Shown here piece by piece: positions 26,752 to 36,250 of a stretch of DNA of 64,000 nucleotides (positions are counted from its first letter, which is position 1; the number at the start of each line of letters is the position of its first letter). This DNA comes from Candidatus Omnitrophota bacterium (lineage in GTDB: Bacteria; Omnitrophota; Gorgyraeia; Tantalellales; Tantalellaceae), in NCBI GenBank assembly GCA_018813285.1, contig JAHJBY010000033.1:69157-133156 (forward strand), read 5' to 3'. Below the pieces are notes generated by a model that was not told the DNA's origin, searched no databases, and saw nothing but the letters and a program-made list of their open reading frames with translations. A program made the translations under genes and the position numbers.

Positions 26752-29040
26752 TTACATATTTCCCAATTCGTCCATGTTTTCTATCAGGATCTCCCGCGCC
26801 TTCTGCCCGTTGTACGGCCCCACTATACCGTCTGCTTCCATTATATCTACCATACGGGCGGCCCTGGTGTATCCCACGCGAAGCCTCCGCTGTACCATGG
26901 ATACTGACGCCTGTTTCGTCTGCAAGACCACTTTCACGGCTTCCTCGTACAATTCGTCCTTCTCCTGCCGGACGCCCGCGGAGCTTTTCGCCTGTTCTCT
27001 CGCCACTTCCTCCAAATATTGAGAACCGGTCTGGTCTTTTATGAATTTAACTACATCGCGTATCTCCGAATCTTCCACCAAACTGCATTGACCGCGAACA
27101 AGATTGCTTCTGCCGGGCTCCATAAGAAGCATATCGCCTCTCCCAAGCAGTTTCTCGGCGCCGTTGGCGTCAAGAACCGTTCTGGAATCCACCTTGGACG
27201 CCACCTTGAAAGATATTCTTGCGGGAAAATTTGCTTTAATGACACCTGTTATCACATTGACGGATGGCCGCTGGGTGGCAAGTATCATATGTATACCGGC
27301 AGCCCGGGAAAGCTGGGCCAGACGCATAATGGCCCCTTCTATGTCCTGCTGAGAAACGGCCATCAGATCCGCCAGCTCATCTATGATCACAACTATGTAC
27401 GGAAGGTTTTCCCAATCCGCCTTCGCCTTCTCTTTATACCTGGTAATATTTCTCACGCCGCCTGCGGCAAATAGATCATAACGACGTTCCATTTCGCCTA
27501 TAAGCCATCCAAGAACGACCGCCACTTTTTTAGGAACGGTCACTATGGGGGATATCAGATGCGGAATCCCCTCGAACATCATTAGTTCAACCCTTTTGGG
27601 ATCAACCATAATAAACTTTAATTCTTCGGGTGACGCGGAGAGAAGCATGCTGCATATGACACAGTTAATACAGACCGTCTTGCCGGAACCGGTGGCGCCG
27701 GCTATCAAAAGATGCGGCATCGCAGCCAGATCGACCACCATTGGAATACCGGAAAGATCCTTGCCCAGAGCCAGTTTAAGCGGTGATTCTTCATTGCAAT
27801 ATTCCTCTGACTCAAGTATACATTTCAAGCGTACGATCTCACTTTTGTCATTAGGGACCTCAATACCGATCGTCCCTTTTCCGGGCAAAGGAGCTACTAT
27901 TCTGATATTCGCCGATTTCATTACAAGTGAGATATTATCCCCAAGTGACGTTATCCTGTTCACTTTAGTCCCAATAGCCGGCTCGAGTTCATACATCGTT
28001 ACAACCGGGCCCCTGTTTATCTTCACGACCCTGGCGGCCACTCCGAATTCCAGAAGCGTTTTTTCCAAAAGAGCGGCCTTCATCTTCAGGTCTTCTTCCC
28101 GGGCCGTTTCACCACCGCTTTGTCGGTCTTTTAAAAGATCAAGGCCCGGCAATTTGTAAAACAATGTGCCCCCATCCGACGCGTTTGAAACAGAGGTTAC
28201 CCTCGCGGACGCGGCCGGCGCCTTTCGTATTTCTCCGACGGCAACTACTTTCGGTCCAGGCGCGTGATCTCCGCGGGAGGCCATTTCGCGTTCTTCTTTT
28301 TTGTCCCACGTAGCTCTGCGGGATTCTTCTACCTGTTTTCTCACAACCTCAAGCTTCCTGGCTATTTCTGCTTTAGCATCCTTTAATTTGCCGCCGCCTG
28401 AGGCCACGGTAACGTTTGAAGTGCGGCCCTTCCCCGCTGTGAGTGAAACAATGCGCTCGAGAATACGCGCGGCCTTCTTTAGAAGCCCCGCAAAAACAGG
28501 AAGTATCAGAAATTCAGTAGCTATTAATAAGGATAACACTATCGTGGACGAAACGAACACGACCGCCCCGATCGTACCAAGATATTTCAGTAAAAATTCG
28601 GATACCAGCGATCCGACCAATCCGCCGCTGGCGAACGCAATTGTTCTCGTTGCGTAATTCATCATGCTCAGACTGGCACCCGCGGCGGTGACAAGAAAAA
28701 TCGTTCCGAATATTTTAAAAAAGATCTTTCTTGGTTTAAGTTGAAGAAGACGCGAGATACCCCACACCAGAATGAGCAACGGCAAGACATACGCGGCTTT
28801 TCCTACCAAAAAAAGCATTACGCCGCTAAGATATGAACCAACGATGCCGGTCAAATTCCGCGGTACAAGGTTTGTATCGCTTGCGTAGAATGGGAGGTCA
28901 TACTCGTTGAAAGTGAAAATGCTCAGAAAGACAAACAGGCTTATCGCGAATAACACAACAGCAACTATCTCGTTTTTCCGTACGTCATCCATTTCGTATC
29001 CTGTGCTGCGCAACGTCTGAAACGCTTTATTTATATCCAC
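26752..29040 (-). CDS. ftsK: DNA translocase FtsK/SpoIIIE
   Basis: 762 aa. N-terminal TM helices, Walker A (AGATGSGKT), FtsK motor, C-terminal gamma domain. Confidence 0.9.
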   Translation of the reverse strand: MDINKAFQTLRSTGYEMDDVRKNEIVAVVLFAISLFVFLSIFTFNEYDLPFYASDTNLVPRNLTGIVGSYLSGVMLFLVGKAAYVLPLLILVWGISRLLQLKPRKIFFKIFGTIFLVTAAGASLSMMNYATRTIAFASGGLVGSLVSEFLLKYLGTIGAVVFVSSTIVLSLLIATEFLILPVFAGLLKKAARILERIVSLTAGKGRTSNVTVASGGGKLKDAKAEIARKLEVVRKQVEESRRATWDKKEEREMASRGDHAPGPKVVAVGEIRKAPAASARVTSVSNASDGGTLFYKLPGLDLLKDRQSGGETAREEDLKMKAALLEKTLLEFGVAARVVKINRGPVVTMYELEPAIGTKVNRITSLGDNISLVMKSANIRIVAPLPGKGTIGIEVPNDKSEIVRLKCILESEEYCNEESPLKLALGKDLSGIPMVVDLAAMPHLLIAGATGSGKTVCINCVICSMLLSASPEELKFIMVDPKRVELMMFEGIPHLISPIVTVPKKVAVVLGWLIGEMERRYDLFAAGGVRNITRYKEKAKADWENLPYIVVIIDELADLMAVSQQDIEGAIMRLAQLSRAAGIHMILATQRPSVNVITGVIKANFPARISFKVASKVDSRTVLDANGAEKLLGRGDMLLMEPGRSNLVRGQCSLVEDSEIRDVVKFIKDQTGSQYLEEVAREQAKSSAGVRQEKDELYEEAVKVVLQTKQASVSMVQRRLRVGYTRAARMVDIMEADGIVGPYNGQKAREILIENMDELGNM

Positions 29041-29795
29041 AATAACAACGACACACCTGATAACAAACAGTATACACCAAAAACGTACAATCGGCGGCTT
29101 CTTATCACTTTCAACAAGAACGGTAAAACCATCAGTCCCACAAAAAAAGCCGCGATCGTCCCGGCGGCATATTCCGGTATTTCGGCCGGCAATATATCGG
29201 ACGGACCAATGTTAAGAGCTTGATAGCAGGCCGCTCCTATGATCGCCGGTATGGCCAGCAAAAAAGAGAACCTGAACGCCGTCTCCGGTTCCACTCCGAG
29301 CGCAAGAGCCGCGGATATCGTCGTGCCGCTCCGGGAAACTCCGGGCAAAAGCGCCACCGCCTGGGCCAAGCCGACAAAAAAAGAACCACCCCTCTTAACT
29401 TTCAGTTTTTTGTTCCGTGTCCGAAGGCAATATTGCCCTCCGAAAAGCACCAATGCGGTGACAATAAACATAACAGCCACCACGCGCGGACGGGCAAACA
29501 ACAGCTCGATGTGCTCTTTGAACAAAAACGCCGCAATTATCGCCGGAATCGTACCGATGACCAGACATGAGATCATAAAAAGATCCCTTTCCCGGATTAT
29601 CAGGAATATCTCTTTCCGAAAATAGATCATAACGGCGCCCAGTGTCCCCACATGCAGACATATATCAAAAAAAATACTCGGTTTGGATAAACCTAAAAAA
29701 TGATGCAAAAGGACAAGATGGCCGGAACTTGAGATAGGAAGAAACTCGGTCACGCCCTGCACTATTCCGGAAATTATAGCTTCAAATATGGTCAT
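29031..29795 (-). CDS. uppP: Undecaprenyl-diphosphatase
   Basis: ORF 29031..29879; start at MTIFEAIISGIVQGVTEFLPISSSGHL (BacA/UppP signature). Confidence 0.85.
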   Translation of the reverse strand: MTIFEAIISGIVQGVTEFLPISSSGHLVLLHHFLGLSKPSIFFDICLHVGTLGAVMIYFRKEIFLIIRERDLFMISCLVIGTIPAIIAAFLFKEHIELLFARPRVVAVMFIVTALVLFGGQYCLRTRNKKLKVKRGGSFFVGLAQAVALLPGVSRSGTTISAALALGVEPETAFRFSFLLAIPAIIGAACYQALNIGPSDILPAEIPEYAAGTIAAFFVGLMVLPFLLKVIRSRRLYVFGVYCLLSGVSLLLWI

Positions 29796-29796
29796 A

Positions 29797-30246
29797 TCAG
29801 ATACCTGTGTGGCCAAACCCGCCATGCGCCCTCGCGGTTTCGTCAAGATCTTCGACTTCCAGAAATTCCGCCCGAACAACTTCCTGTATTATCATCTGTG
29901 CCAGGCGCAGCCCGCGTTTTATGACAAAATCTTCTTTCCCGAAATTCGTGACAATAAGATTGATCAAACCACGGTAATCAGAATCTATAGTTCCTGGAGT
30001 ATTGACGATGGTAACGCCATGCTTTAACGACAATCCGCTTCGCGGCCTTATTTGCGCTTCATACCCTGCCGGAATAGCTACATAGATACCGCAGGAAATT
30101 AGTTTTATATCCCCGGTGTTAAGTGTGACGTCGTCTTCAACATCAGCATAGAGATCCACCCCGCTGGAACCGGAGGTAGCATAAACCGGTATGGGAAGAT
30201 CTTTTGCGCTTTCTTTGCGCTTTATTCTTATCGCGATTTTCTTCAA
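29797..30246 (-). CDS. dut: dUTP diphosphatase
   Basis: dUTPase motifs (PVYATSGSSGVDLYA, GTIDSDYRG, RGGFGHTG). Probable TTG start at 30246 giving about 150 aa, just after the pnp stop. The ORF track extends further by overlap with pnp. Confidence 0.75.
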   Translation of the reverse strand: MKKIAIRIKRKESAKDLPIPVYATSGSSGVDLYADVEDDVTLNTGDIKLISCGIYVAIPAGYEAQIRPRSGLSLKHGVTIVNTPGTIDSDYRGLINLIVTNFGKEDFVIKRGLRLAQMIIQEVVRAEFLEVEDLDETARAHGGFGHTGI

Positions 30247-30262
30247 TGAGAAAACTTTCCGA

Positions 30263-32380
30263 CTACTTTTTGTCTTTCGGGCCGGACCCGGCGTCCTTAA
30301 CCCGTTTGACACTGAGATTATTGCGACCCTGTTTATCTATTTCGAAAAGCACGACCTTAACCGCGTCACCTTCTTTGACGATAGACGCAACGTCTTTCAC
30401 GTACCCGCCGGAAAGTTCCGAAACGTGTATGAGACCTTCTTTCCCGGGCATGAATTCACAAAAAGCCCCGAAAGCCATCAGCTTGGTTATTTTGCCGTCG
30501 TAGACCTTGCCGACTTCCGGCTCGGCGATTATGTCGCGAACCATTTTAACCGCCTGATCGAGAGATTCCTTATTAGCCGAGGCCACCTGACACGAACCGT
30601 CGTCCTCTATGTTGATATCAGCACCGGTTTCAGCTATTATTCCGCGTATTATTTTTCCGCCGGGGCCGATAACATCACGTATCTTATCGACAGGAACATC
30701 TATCGTGACAATGCGGGGAGCATTTGCCGCGACTTCGGCCAAAGGTTCCGCGATAGTTTTCCGCATATGATCCAGAATGGATATGCGCGCGTTTCTTGCC
30801 TTTTCAAATCCCTCTTTTAACTCATCGAGGCTTACGCCTTTTATTTTGAGATCCATTTGAAGAGCTGTGATACCATCTTTTGTACCGGCGACCTTGAAAT
30901 CCATATCTCCGCAGTGATCTTCCAGGCCCGCGATATCAGTGAGTATCGCATAATCGTCGCCCTCCTTTACCAGCCCCATAGCTATGCCGCTAACGGCGTT
31001 CTTTACCGGCACACCGCTGGCCATGAGCGATAACGACCCGGCACAAACAGTGGCCATGGAACTTGAGCCATTGGATTCAAGTATCTCTGAAACCAGCCTG
31101 ATGGTATACGGAAAACTGTCCACATCAGGAAGGATCGGCTTCAAGGCTTTCGCGGCAAGGGCTCCGTGCCCGATCTCGCGTCTGCCGGGTCCTCTTAAAA
31201 ACCGAGCCTCACCAACGCTGAACGGAGGGAAATTATAATGCAACATAAACTTCCTTTTATACTCCCCTTCAAGCGCGTCCATGATCTGCTCATCGGAACC
31301 GGTGCCCAATGTAATTACCGCAAGCGCCTGCGTCTCGCCACGCGTAAAAAGAGCTGATCCATGCGTGTTGGGAAGCAAATTGATCTCCGAATCGAGAGCT
31401 CTTACCTGATCAAACGCCCTTCCATCCACACGCTTTTTTTCTTTAAGGACCATGGCTCTCATCAGTTCTTTCTGCATAGCCGAGAAAGCGTCCCTTACAT
31501 TTTTTTCACTGATGTTACTTTCTTCAGTAACTTCTTCTTTTATCCGTTCGTCTTGCAGGATTTCAATGGCTTTGGCGCGTTCATCCGCGTCAGGCATATG
31601 CATGATCTTATTTATTTTATCAGAATTTTTTTCTTTAAGCAGGGCGTAAATTTCTTCATTAAGTTCCGCGCAAACTATGTCTTCCCTCTTCGTTTTTCCG
31701 CATTTCTTCCGCAGTTCATTCTGCAATTTCAGCAAAGGCCCGACGCCTATAGCGCCAAATTTTATCGCTTCAAGCATTTTCTCTTCGCCTATGGCGTCCG
31801 CCCCGGCCTCAAGCATTATTACGTCATCTTCATTCGCTACGACCACCAGATCAAGCTTGCTTTCTTCAAGCTGTTCAAATGTGGGATTCAATACAAATTC
31901 ATCACCGACGAGACCCACTCTAACCGCACCGATAGGGCCGTTAAACGGTATATCGGATATACTCAATGCCGCCGACGCGCCTGTTATGGCCAGCATATCA
32001 GCATCGTTTTCATCATCCAGAGACAGAACGGTGGCAATAACCTGCACTTCGTTCATCTGACCCTTGGGAAAAAGAGGCCTTATGGGCCTGTCGATCATTC
32101 TCGACGTAAGTATCGCCTTTTCCGAGGGCCTGCCCTCTCTCTTAAAAAAACCTCCCGGTATCTTACCGGCAGCGAACGTTTTCTCCTGATATTCTACCGT
32201 CAATGGAAAGAAATCAACGGATTCCCTGGCCGTTTTAGCGCATACCGCGGTGACAAGCACCACAGTGCCGCCGCATTGGACAGTTACCGACCCATGTGCC
32301 TGTTTGGCCATTTTGCCTGTTCCTATCGTTAATTCTTTCCCGCCTATCTCGATTTTTACCTGTTCCGTTTTCATTATCAT
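30263..32380 (-). CDS. pnp: Polyribonucleotide nucleotidyltransferase (PNPase)
   Basis: 705 aa. Two RNase PH domains, KH and S1 C-terminal domains. Downstream of rpsO as in canonical operons. Confidence 0.95.
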   Translation of the reverse strand: MIMKTEQVKIEIGGKELTIGTGKMAKQAHGSVTVQCGGTVVLVTAVCAKTARESVDFFPLTVEYQEKTFAAGKIPGGFFKREGRPSEKAILTSRMIDRPIRPLFPKGQMNEVQVIATVLSLDDENDADMLAITGASAALSISDIPFNGPIGAVRVGLVGDEFVLNPTFEQLEESKLDLVVVANEDDVIMLEAGADAIGEEKMLEAIKFGAIGVGPLLKLQNELRKKCGKTKREDIVCAELNEEIYALLKEKNSDKINKIMHMPDADERAKAIEILQDERIKEEVTEESNISEKNVRDAFSAMQKELMRAMVLKEKKRVDGRAFDQVRALDSEINLLPNTHGSALFTRGETQALAVITLGTGSDEQIMDALEGEYKRKFMLHYNFPPFSVGEARFLRGPGRREIGHGALAAKALKPILPDVDSFPYTIRLVSEILESNGSSSMATVCAGSLSLMASGVPVKNAVSGIAMGLVKEGDDYAILTDIAGLEDHCGDMDFKVAGTKDGITALQMDLKIKGVSLDELKEGFEKARNARISILDHMRKTIAEPLAEVAANAPRIVTIDVPVDKIRDVIGPGGKIIRGIIAETGADINIEDDGSCQVASANKESLDQAVKMVRDIIAEPEVGKVYDGKITKLMAFGAFCEFMPGKEGLIHVSELSGGYVKDVASIVKEGDAVKVVLFEIDKQGRNNLSVKRVKDAGSGPKDKK

Positions 32381-32433
32381 CCTTTTTTGAGTTTTGGATC
32401 GAAGATTATCCGAACGATGAGCCGTTGGGAATA

Positions 32434-32703
32434 TTATTTCCTGAGCCCAAGTTTGGAGATCACGTTCTGATACCGTTCTCTATCGCCCGATTTCAAGTAA
32501 GCCAGAAGCTTTCTTCTCTTATTTACAAGCATCAAAAGTCCCCTTCGGGAGTGATTATCCTTCTTGTGCTTTTTGAAGTGCTCCATTAACTGTTCGATAC
32601 GTCCGGTCAGAAGCGCGACCTGCACCTCGGGAGAACCGGTATCGTTGTCGCTTTTTTTAAAATTGTTAATAATATCCTGTTTTTTCTCTTTTACCAAAGA
32701 CAC
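32434..32703 (-). CDS. rpsO: 30S ribosomal protein S15
   Basis: 89 aa, [39 protein letters not shown]... Confidence 0.95.
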   Translation of the reverse strand: MSLVKEKKQDIINNFKKSDNDTGSPEVQVALLTGRIEQLMEHFKKHKKDNHSRRGLLMLVNKRRKLLAYLKSGDRERYQNVISKLGLRK

Positions 32704-32814
32704 TCTTTTTTACCTCCTCGATACGCGCGTTCATCATATTTCCTAGACGACAGTCTGAAACAACGCCATATACTACCACATAGAGCGGTATTTGTAAAGA
32801 GCGGTCAGTTGTCA

Positions 32815-32962
32815 GCTTTTAGTTTCTGGTTTCTGGTTTTTGGTTTCTGCTTTTCAGGGCATCTACTAACCTCTAAAAACTATTTTGCCCCTTGACCCTT
32901 GTCGTTTTGCGTTTCGCGTCTTGCGTTCCGCCTCTCGCCTCGTGCCTCTCGCCTATTCACGA
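32815..32962. repeat. Mosaic intergenic repeat element, locus B (between ribF and rpsO)
   Basis: Tandem GGTTTCT/GAAACCA-type repeats 32821-32850. TTGCCCCTTGACCCT 32885-32899. CGTTTCGCGTCTTGC 32910-32924 (reverse complement of GCAAGACGCGAAACG in locus A). CCTCTCGCCTCGTGCCTCTCGCC and ATTCAC end. Confidence 0.6.
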
Positions 32963-33934
32963 TATGTACTTGTACCTCTTGATCTTGTTCAAAATGCGCG
33001 GGCTGGCGAGAAACTCTCTGGCATGCTCTTTGTCAATTTCTATCTGTTTTCGAAGCGCTCCTCCAGTATGAAATTTTTTCTCGCGTCTTAATTTCTCTAT
33101 GAAAAATATCTCCAGAGAAAGACCATATAGGTTTCCCGTGAAACCAAAAACATGCGCCTCTATCCGTGGTTCTTTTCTTTTCTTAAGGCTCCGGCCGTAA
33201 AAAGTCGGCTTGAACCCGATATTCAATACGCCGTCATGTATGCGTCCCTCTATATCAAGCTTGACCGCATAGACACCGGGAGGGGGTATCACTTCATGAT
33301 GAGGATCGATATTGGCAGTCGGGTACCCGAGTACACGTCCTCTCTCATCGCCTGGGACGACGGTACCAAGGACAGAAACGGGGCGCCGGAGGAGCGCTTC
33401 CGCATCCTTGAGCCTCCCCCCCAAAACAAGACGCCGCACCCATGTGCTTGAAACTATCCTGTTATTTTTCTTTACCGGGTACACGCTGTGAACATCAACG
33501 CCGTAAAGCCTGCCAACCTCGCGAAAGGTTTTTATGCTTCCTTTCTTCTCGCGGCCAAAATGGAAATTTCCCCCCACGCATACCGTTCTGGCTCCTATCC
33601 CTTCGACAATGATCTTTTTGACAAAATCTTCGGGTTTCAAGCGTGCTATGTGCTCGGAAAAGCGCACCACAACAACGGCGTCTACACCCATCTTACGAAA
33701 AATATGTAACCTGTGCTCAAGCGACATGATCCGCTGGAGAGCTCTACCGGGGTTCAAAACATTTTTCGGATGGGGGTCAAAAGTTACGACAACTTTATCC
33801 CGCCCGGGCGCGTTAACACGCAGAAGGCGGTTTATTACACGTTTGTGTCCGATATGCATGCCGTCAAATATGCCGATAGCAGCTACCGGATCCCTTAATT
33901 CACTTACGCTCCTATGTCCGTAAAATATTTTCAT
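32957..33934 (-). CDS. ribF: Bifunctional riboflavin kinase/FMN adenylyltransferase
   Basis: ORF 32957..34000; start at MKIFYG... GIFDGMHIGH. C-terminal riboflavin kinase domain. Confidence 0.85.
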   Translation of the reverse strand: MKIFYGHRSVSELRDPVAAIGIFDGMHIGHKRVINRLLRVNAPGRDKVVVTFDPHPKNVLNPGRALQRIMSLEHRLHIFRKMGVDAVVVVRFSEHIARLKPEDFVKKIIVEGIGARTVCVGGNFHFGREKKGSIKTFREVGRLYGVDVHSVYPVKKNNRIVSSTWVRRLVLGGRLKDAEALLRRPVSVLGTVVPGDERGRVLGYPTANIDPHHEVIPPPGVYAVKLDIEGRIHDGVLNIGFKPTFYGRSLKKRKEPRIEAHVFGFTGNLYGLSLEIFFIEKLRREKKFHTGGALRKQIEIDKEHAREFLASPRILNKIKRYKYIS

Positions 33935-34613
33935 GCAATTCTTCTTTACCCATTTTTGAAAGCACGTCAAACGCGACCGCTTTCTCAAGATCAAACTCAC
34001 CGGATCTAATACGTCTTAATTCCGCAAGATTAGCACCGCAACCAAGCGCGTCGCCGATATCATCGGCCAACTGTCTTATGTAAGTGCCCTTACTGCATAC
34101 GACCCTGAAATGAACCATGGGGATACTTACACTTTTTATCTCTATTTCTTTTATCCAGACTTTTACAGGCTCACGCGGGACCTCGAGCCCCTTATGCGCC
34201 AACTTGTACAGTTTTTTTCCATCTATTTTCTTGGCCGAGAACATGGGCGGTATTTGTTCTATATCCCCGCGGAAATCGTTTATTACTTCCTGCAATTCAT
34301 CTTCGGTGAGGCACACCTCGCGCGCCTTGATAACCTTGCCTTCTGAATCACCCGAATCCGTTTTCTCCCCAAGTTTCATCACCGCTTCATATTCTTTATC
34401 CTGGTTCAGAAACGTTTCCGAAAGTTTCGTGGCTTTTCCCAGCAGGAGAACAAGGACTCCGGTGGCGTTAGGATCGAGAGTCCCGGCATGTCCAACTTTT
34501 TTTATCCGAAAATGACGGCGCACGAGCGTTACCACGCCATGGCTGGTCATGCCCTTGGGTTTATCTACAACCAAGATCCCGCGGGGATCGATATTGTTTG
34601 TTGGTAGTACCAT
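33912..34613 (-). CDS. truB: tRNA pseudouridine(55) synthase
   Basis: ORF 33912..34655. GILVVDKPKGMTSHGVV and HAGTLDPNATGVL motifs. Start ambiguous (MVLPTNN at about 34613). Confidence 0.85.
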   Translation of the reverse strand: MVLPTNNIDPRGILVVDKPKGMTSHGVVTLVRRHFRIKKVGHAGTLDPNATGVLVLLLGKATKLSETFLNQDKEYEAVMKLGEKTDSGDSEGKVIKAREVCLTEDELQEVINDFRGDIEQIPPMFSAKKIDGKKLYKLAHKGLEVPREPVKVWIKEIEIKSVSIPMVHFRVVCSKGTYIRQLADDIGDALGCGANLAELRRIRSGEFDLEKAVAFDVLSKMGKEELHENILRT

Positions 34614-34616
34614 TTG

Positions 34617-34843
34617 CCGCCTCTTGCGGTTTGCGACGCGCGATTCACCATTCACGACATCCCTTATCCGCTTTAAAGTGTCAGAGTGTCAGAGTGTCAG
34701 AGTATCAGAATATAGCAACATTCGAATATAAGCCTTATTCTTTTCTTTACACTTTGATACCAGCGAACGAAGTGAGCGATGACACTTTGACACCCTGACA
34801 CTCTTGCCCCTTGACCCTACGATTCACTTGTTCACTATTCACG
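34617..34843. repeat. Mosaic intergenic repeat element, locus C (between nrnA and truB), with internal long inverted repeats
   Basis: GATTCACCATTCAC 34642-34655. Tandem GTGTCAGA x4 at 34678-34710 with a partial inverted partner TGACACTTTGACACCCTGACACTC at 34780-34803. TTGCCCCTTGACCCT 34804-34818. GATTCACTTGTTCACTATTCACG 34821-34843 (reverse complement of GTGAATAGTGAACAAGTGAATC). Confidence 0.6.
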
Positions 34844-35815
34844 CCCCAAGGCCTTGCGGACTTCCGCCAGCACTTTATCTTTTGCTTCGCCCATTCCACA
34901 TTTCAAAAAACACCCCGCTGCTTTTTTGTGGCCGCCGCCGCCGAATAACGACGCTATGCGGTTAACATCAACATTCCCGTTAGCTCTAAAACTGATATTT
35001 ACCGCACCCGGACCCCACATAGCTTCATTAAAAAACACCGCGATCTCAACGCCTTTTATTGAACGGGGGTAATTAATAAACTCTTCTGTTGAAACACCGT
35101 CAAGACCTTCTTCCGTCAACATTTCACGGGTCAATGTGATATAAGCGATGCGGCTGTCTTCTTCTGTCTCGACCGTCATGAGAACTTTGCCCAACATCTT
35201 TATGCTTGCTACAGGCTTTTGCTCAAATATCTCGCCGTGCATGATACGCGGACTTACTCCGGCATCTATCAATTCACCGACGACCCGGTGGGTCATGCCC
35301 GAAGCGTTGTCATAATTAAACATTCCCGTATCCGTTATTATCGCCGTGTAAATAACCCGGCGGATGGCATCATCCATCTCTACACCGACCCTTTTTATGA
35401 GATGATAAGCCATTTCACCAACGGAACTCATCCCGGATTCCACCCAGTTTACGTCACCATAATATTCGTTACTCACATGATGATCGATATTTATAATGAC
35501 CATGGCTTCGTCCAGGCACCGTTCAACACTTCCGGCACGCTCGCGTATGGGGCAATCCAGGAACACCACGACTTCGGGGTGGTAACCCATGGGAAGTTCG
35601 TAATTAATATTTTTAACCCCGGGGAGAAATCTAAGATTATCCGGGACCGCGTCCTGATCCACTATTACGGCCTTTTTCCCGATCTTCGCAAGAAGATAGA
35701 GCATCGCAAGCTGACTTCCGATAGAATCTCCTTCAGGTTTAACATGCGACGTGATGATAAAATTGTCTTTCTCCTTGAGATCCTTTATGATCACGTCCAT
35801 ATCCTTAAAATTCAT
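34835..35815 (-). CDS. nrnA: DHH/DHHA1 phosphoesterase, NrnA-like oligoribonuclease/pAp phosphatase
   Basis: ORF 34835..35842; start MNFKDMD... DHH motif (NIDHH), C-terminal DHHA1 (GGGGH). Family call; exact orthology uncertain. Confidence 0.7.
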   Translation of the reverse strand: MNFKDMDVIIKDLKEKDNFIITSHVKPEGDSIGSQLAMLYLLAKIGKKAVIVDQDAVPDNLRFLPGVKNINYELPMGYHPEVVVFLDCPIRERAGSVERCLDEAMVIINIDHHVSNEYYGDVNWVESGMSSVGEMAYHLIKRVGVEMDDAIRRVIYTAIITDTGMFNYDNASGMTHRVVGELIDAGVSPRIMHGEIFEQKPVASIKMLGKVLMTVETEEDSRIAYITLTREMLTEEGLDGVSTEEFINYPRSIKGVEIAVFFNEAMWGPGAVNISFRANGNVDVNRIASLFGGGGHKKAAGCFLKCGMGEAKDKVLAEVRKALGRE

Positions 35816-36200
35816 CCTTTTCCCCTTTTTCCGGACCAGCACCGGGATCAGTGTCCCGATGTTCCGTGTTTATTTTTTTGAAAAGCTCGTCTATCGACCT
35901 CTGGTTTTTCTCCAGCTCATCTTCTCTAAAAGATATTCTGGGCATATATTTCAAAGATATCCTGCGGGAAAGTTCCCCTCGCACAAACTTCGCATGAGTC
36001 ATAAGCGCCTTTGTGACACGCGCAATATCTCCGGAGTCTCCGTCCAGTGCAAAATAGATCCGCGCTATACTGAGATCGCTGGTAACCGCCACTCTAATCA
36101 CGGTCACACCGTTTATCTCCGGATCGTCGATCTCAGTCTGCAGAATAAGAGCCACCTCTCTTCTAATAAGTTCCGCGACTCTGCTTAATCTGTCGATCAT
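35805..36200 (-). CDS. rbfA: Ribosome-binding factor A
   Basis: 131 aa; RIARVAELIRREVALIL... KH-like RbfA fold sequence with acidic C-terminal tail. Confidence 0.85.
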   Translation of the reverse strand: MIDRLSRVAELIRREVALILQTEIDDPEINGVTVIRVAVTSDLSIARIYFALDGDSGDIARVTKALMTHAKFVRGELSRRISLKYMPRISFREDELEKNQRSIDELFKKINTEHRDTDPGAGPEKGEKDEF

Positions 36201-36216
36201 TGTAGCTCCTTTCTAC

Positions 36217-36234
36217 CGTATTGCGTATTGAGTA
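36217..36234 (-). promoter_or_regulatory. 5'-leader motif (CAATAC triplet) immediately upstream of rbfA RBS
   Basis: Minus strand reads ATACTCAATACGCAATAC followed by GGTAGAAAGGAGCT and the ATG. Near-identical copy upstream of ribBA at 46149-46168. Confidence 0.4.
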
Positions 36235-36250
36235 TCGCGTACCCGTTTGT

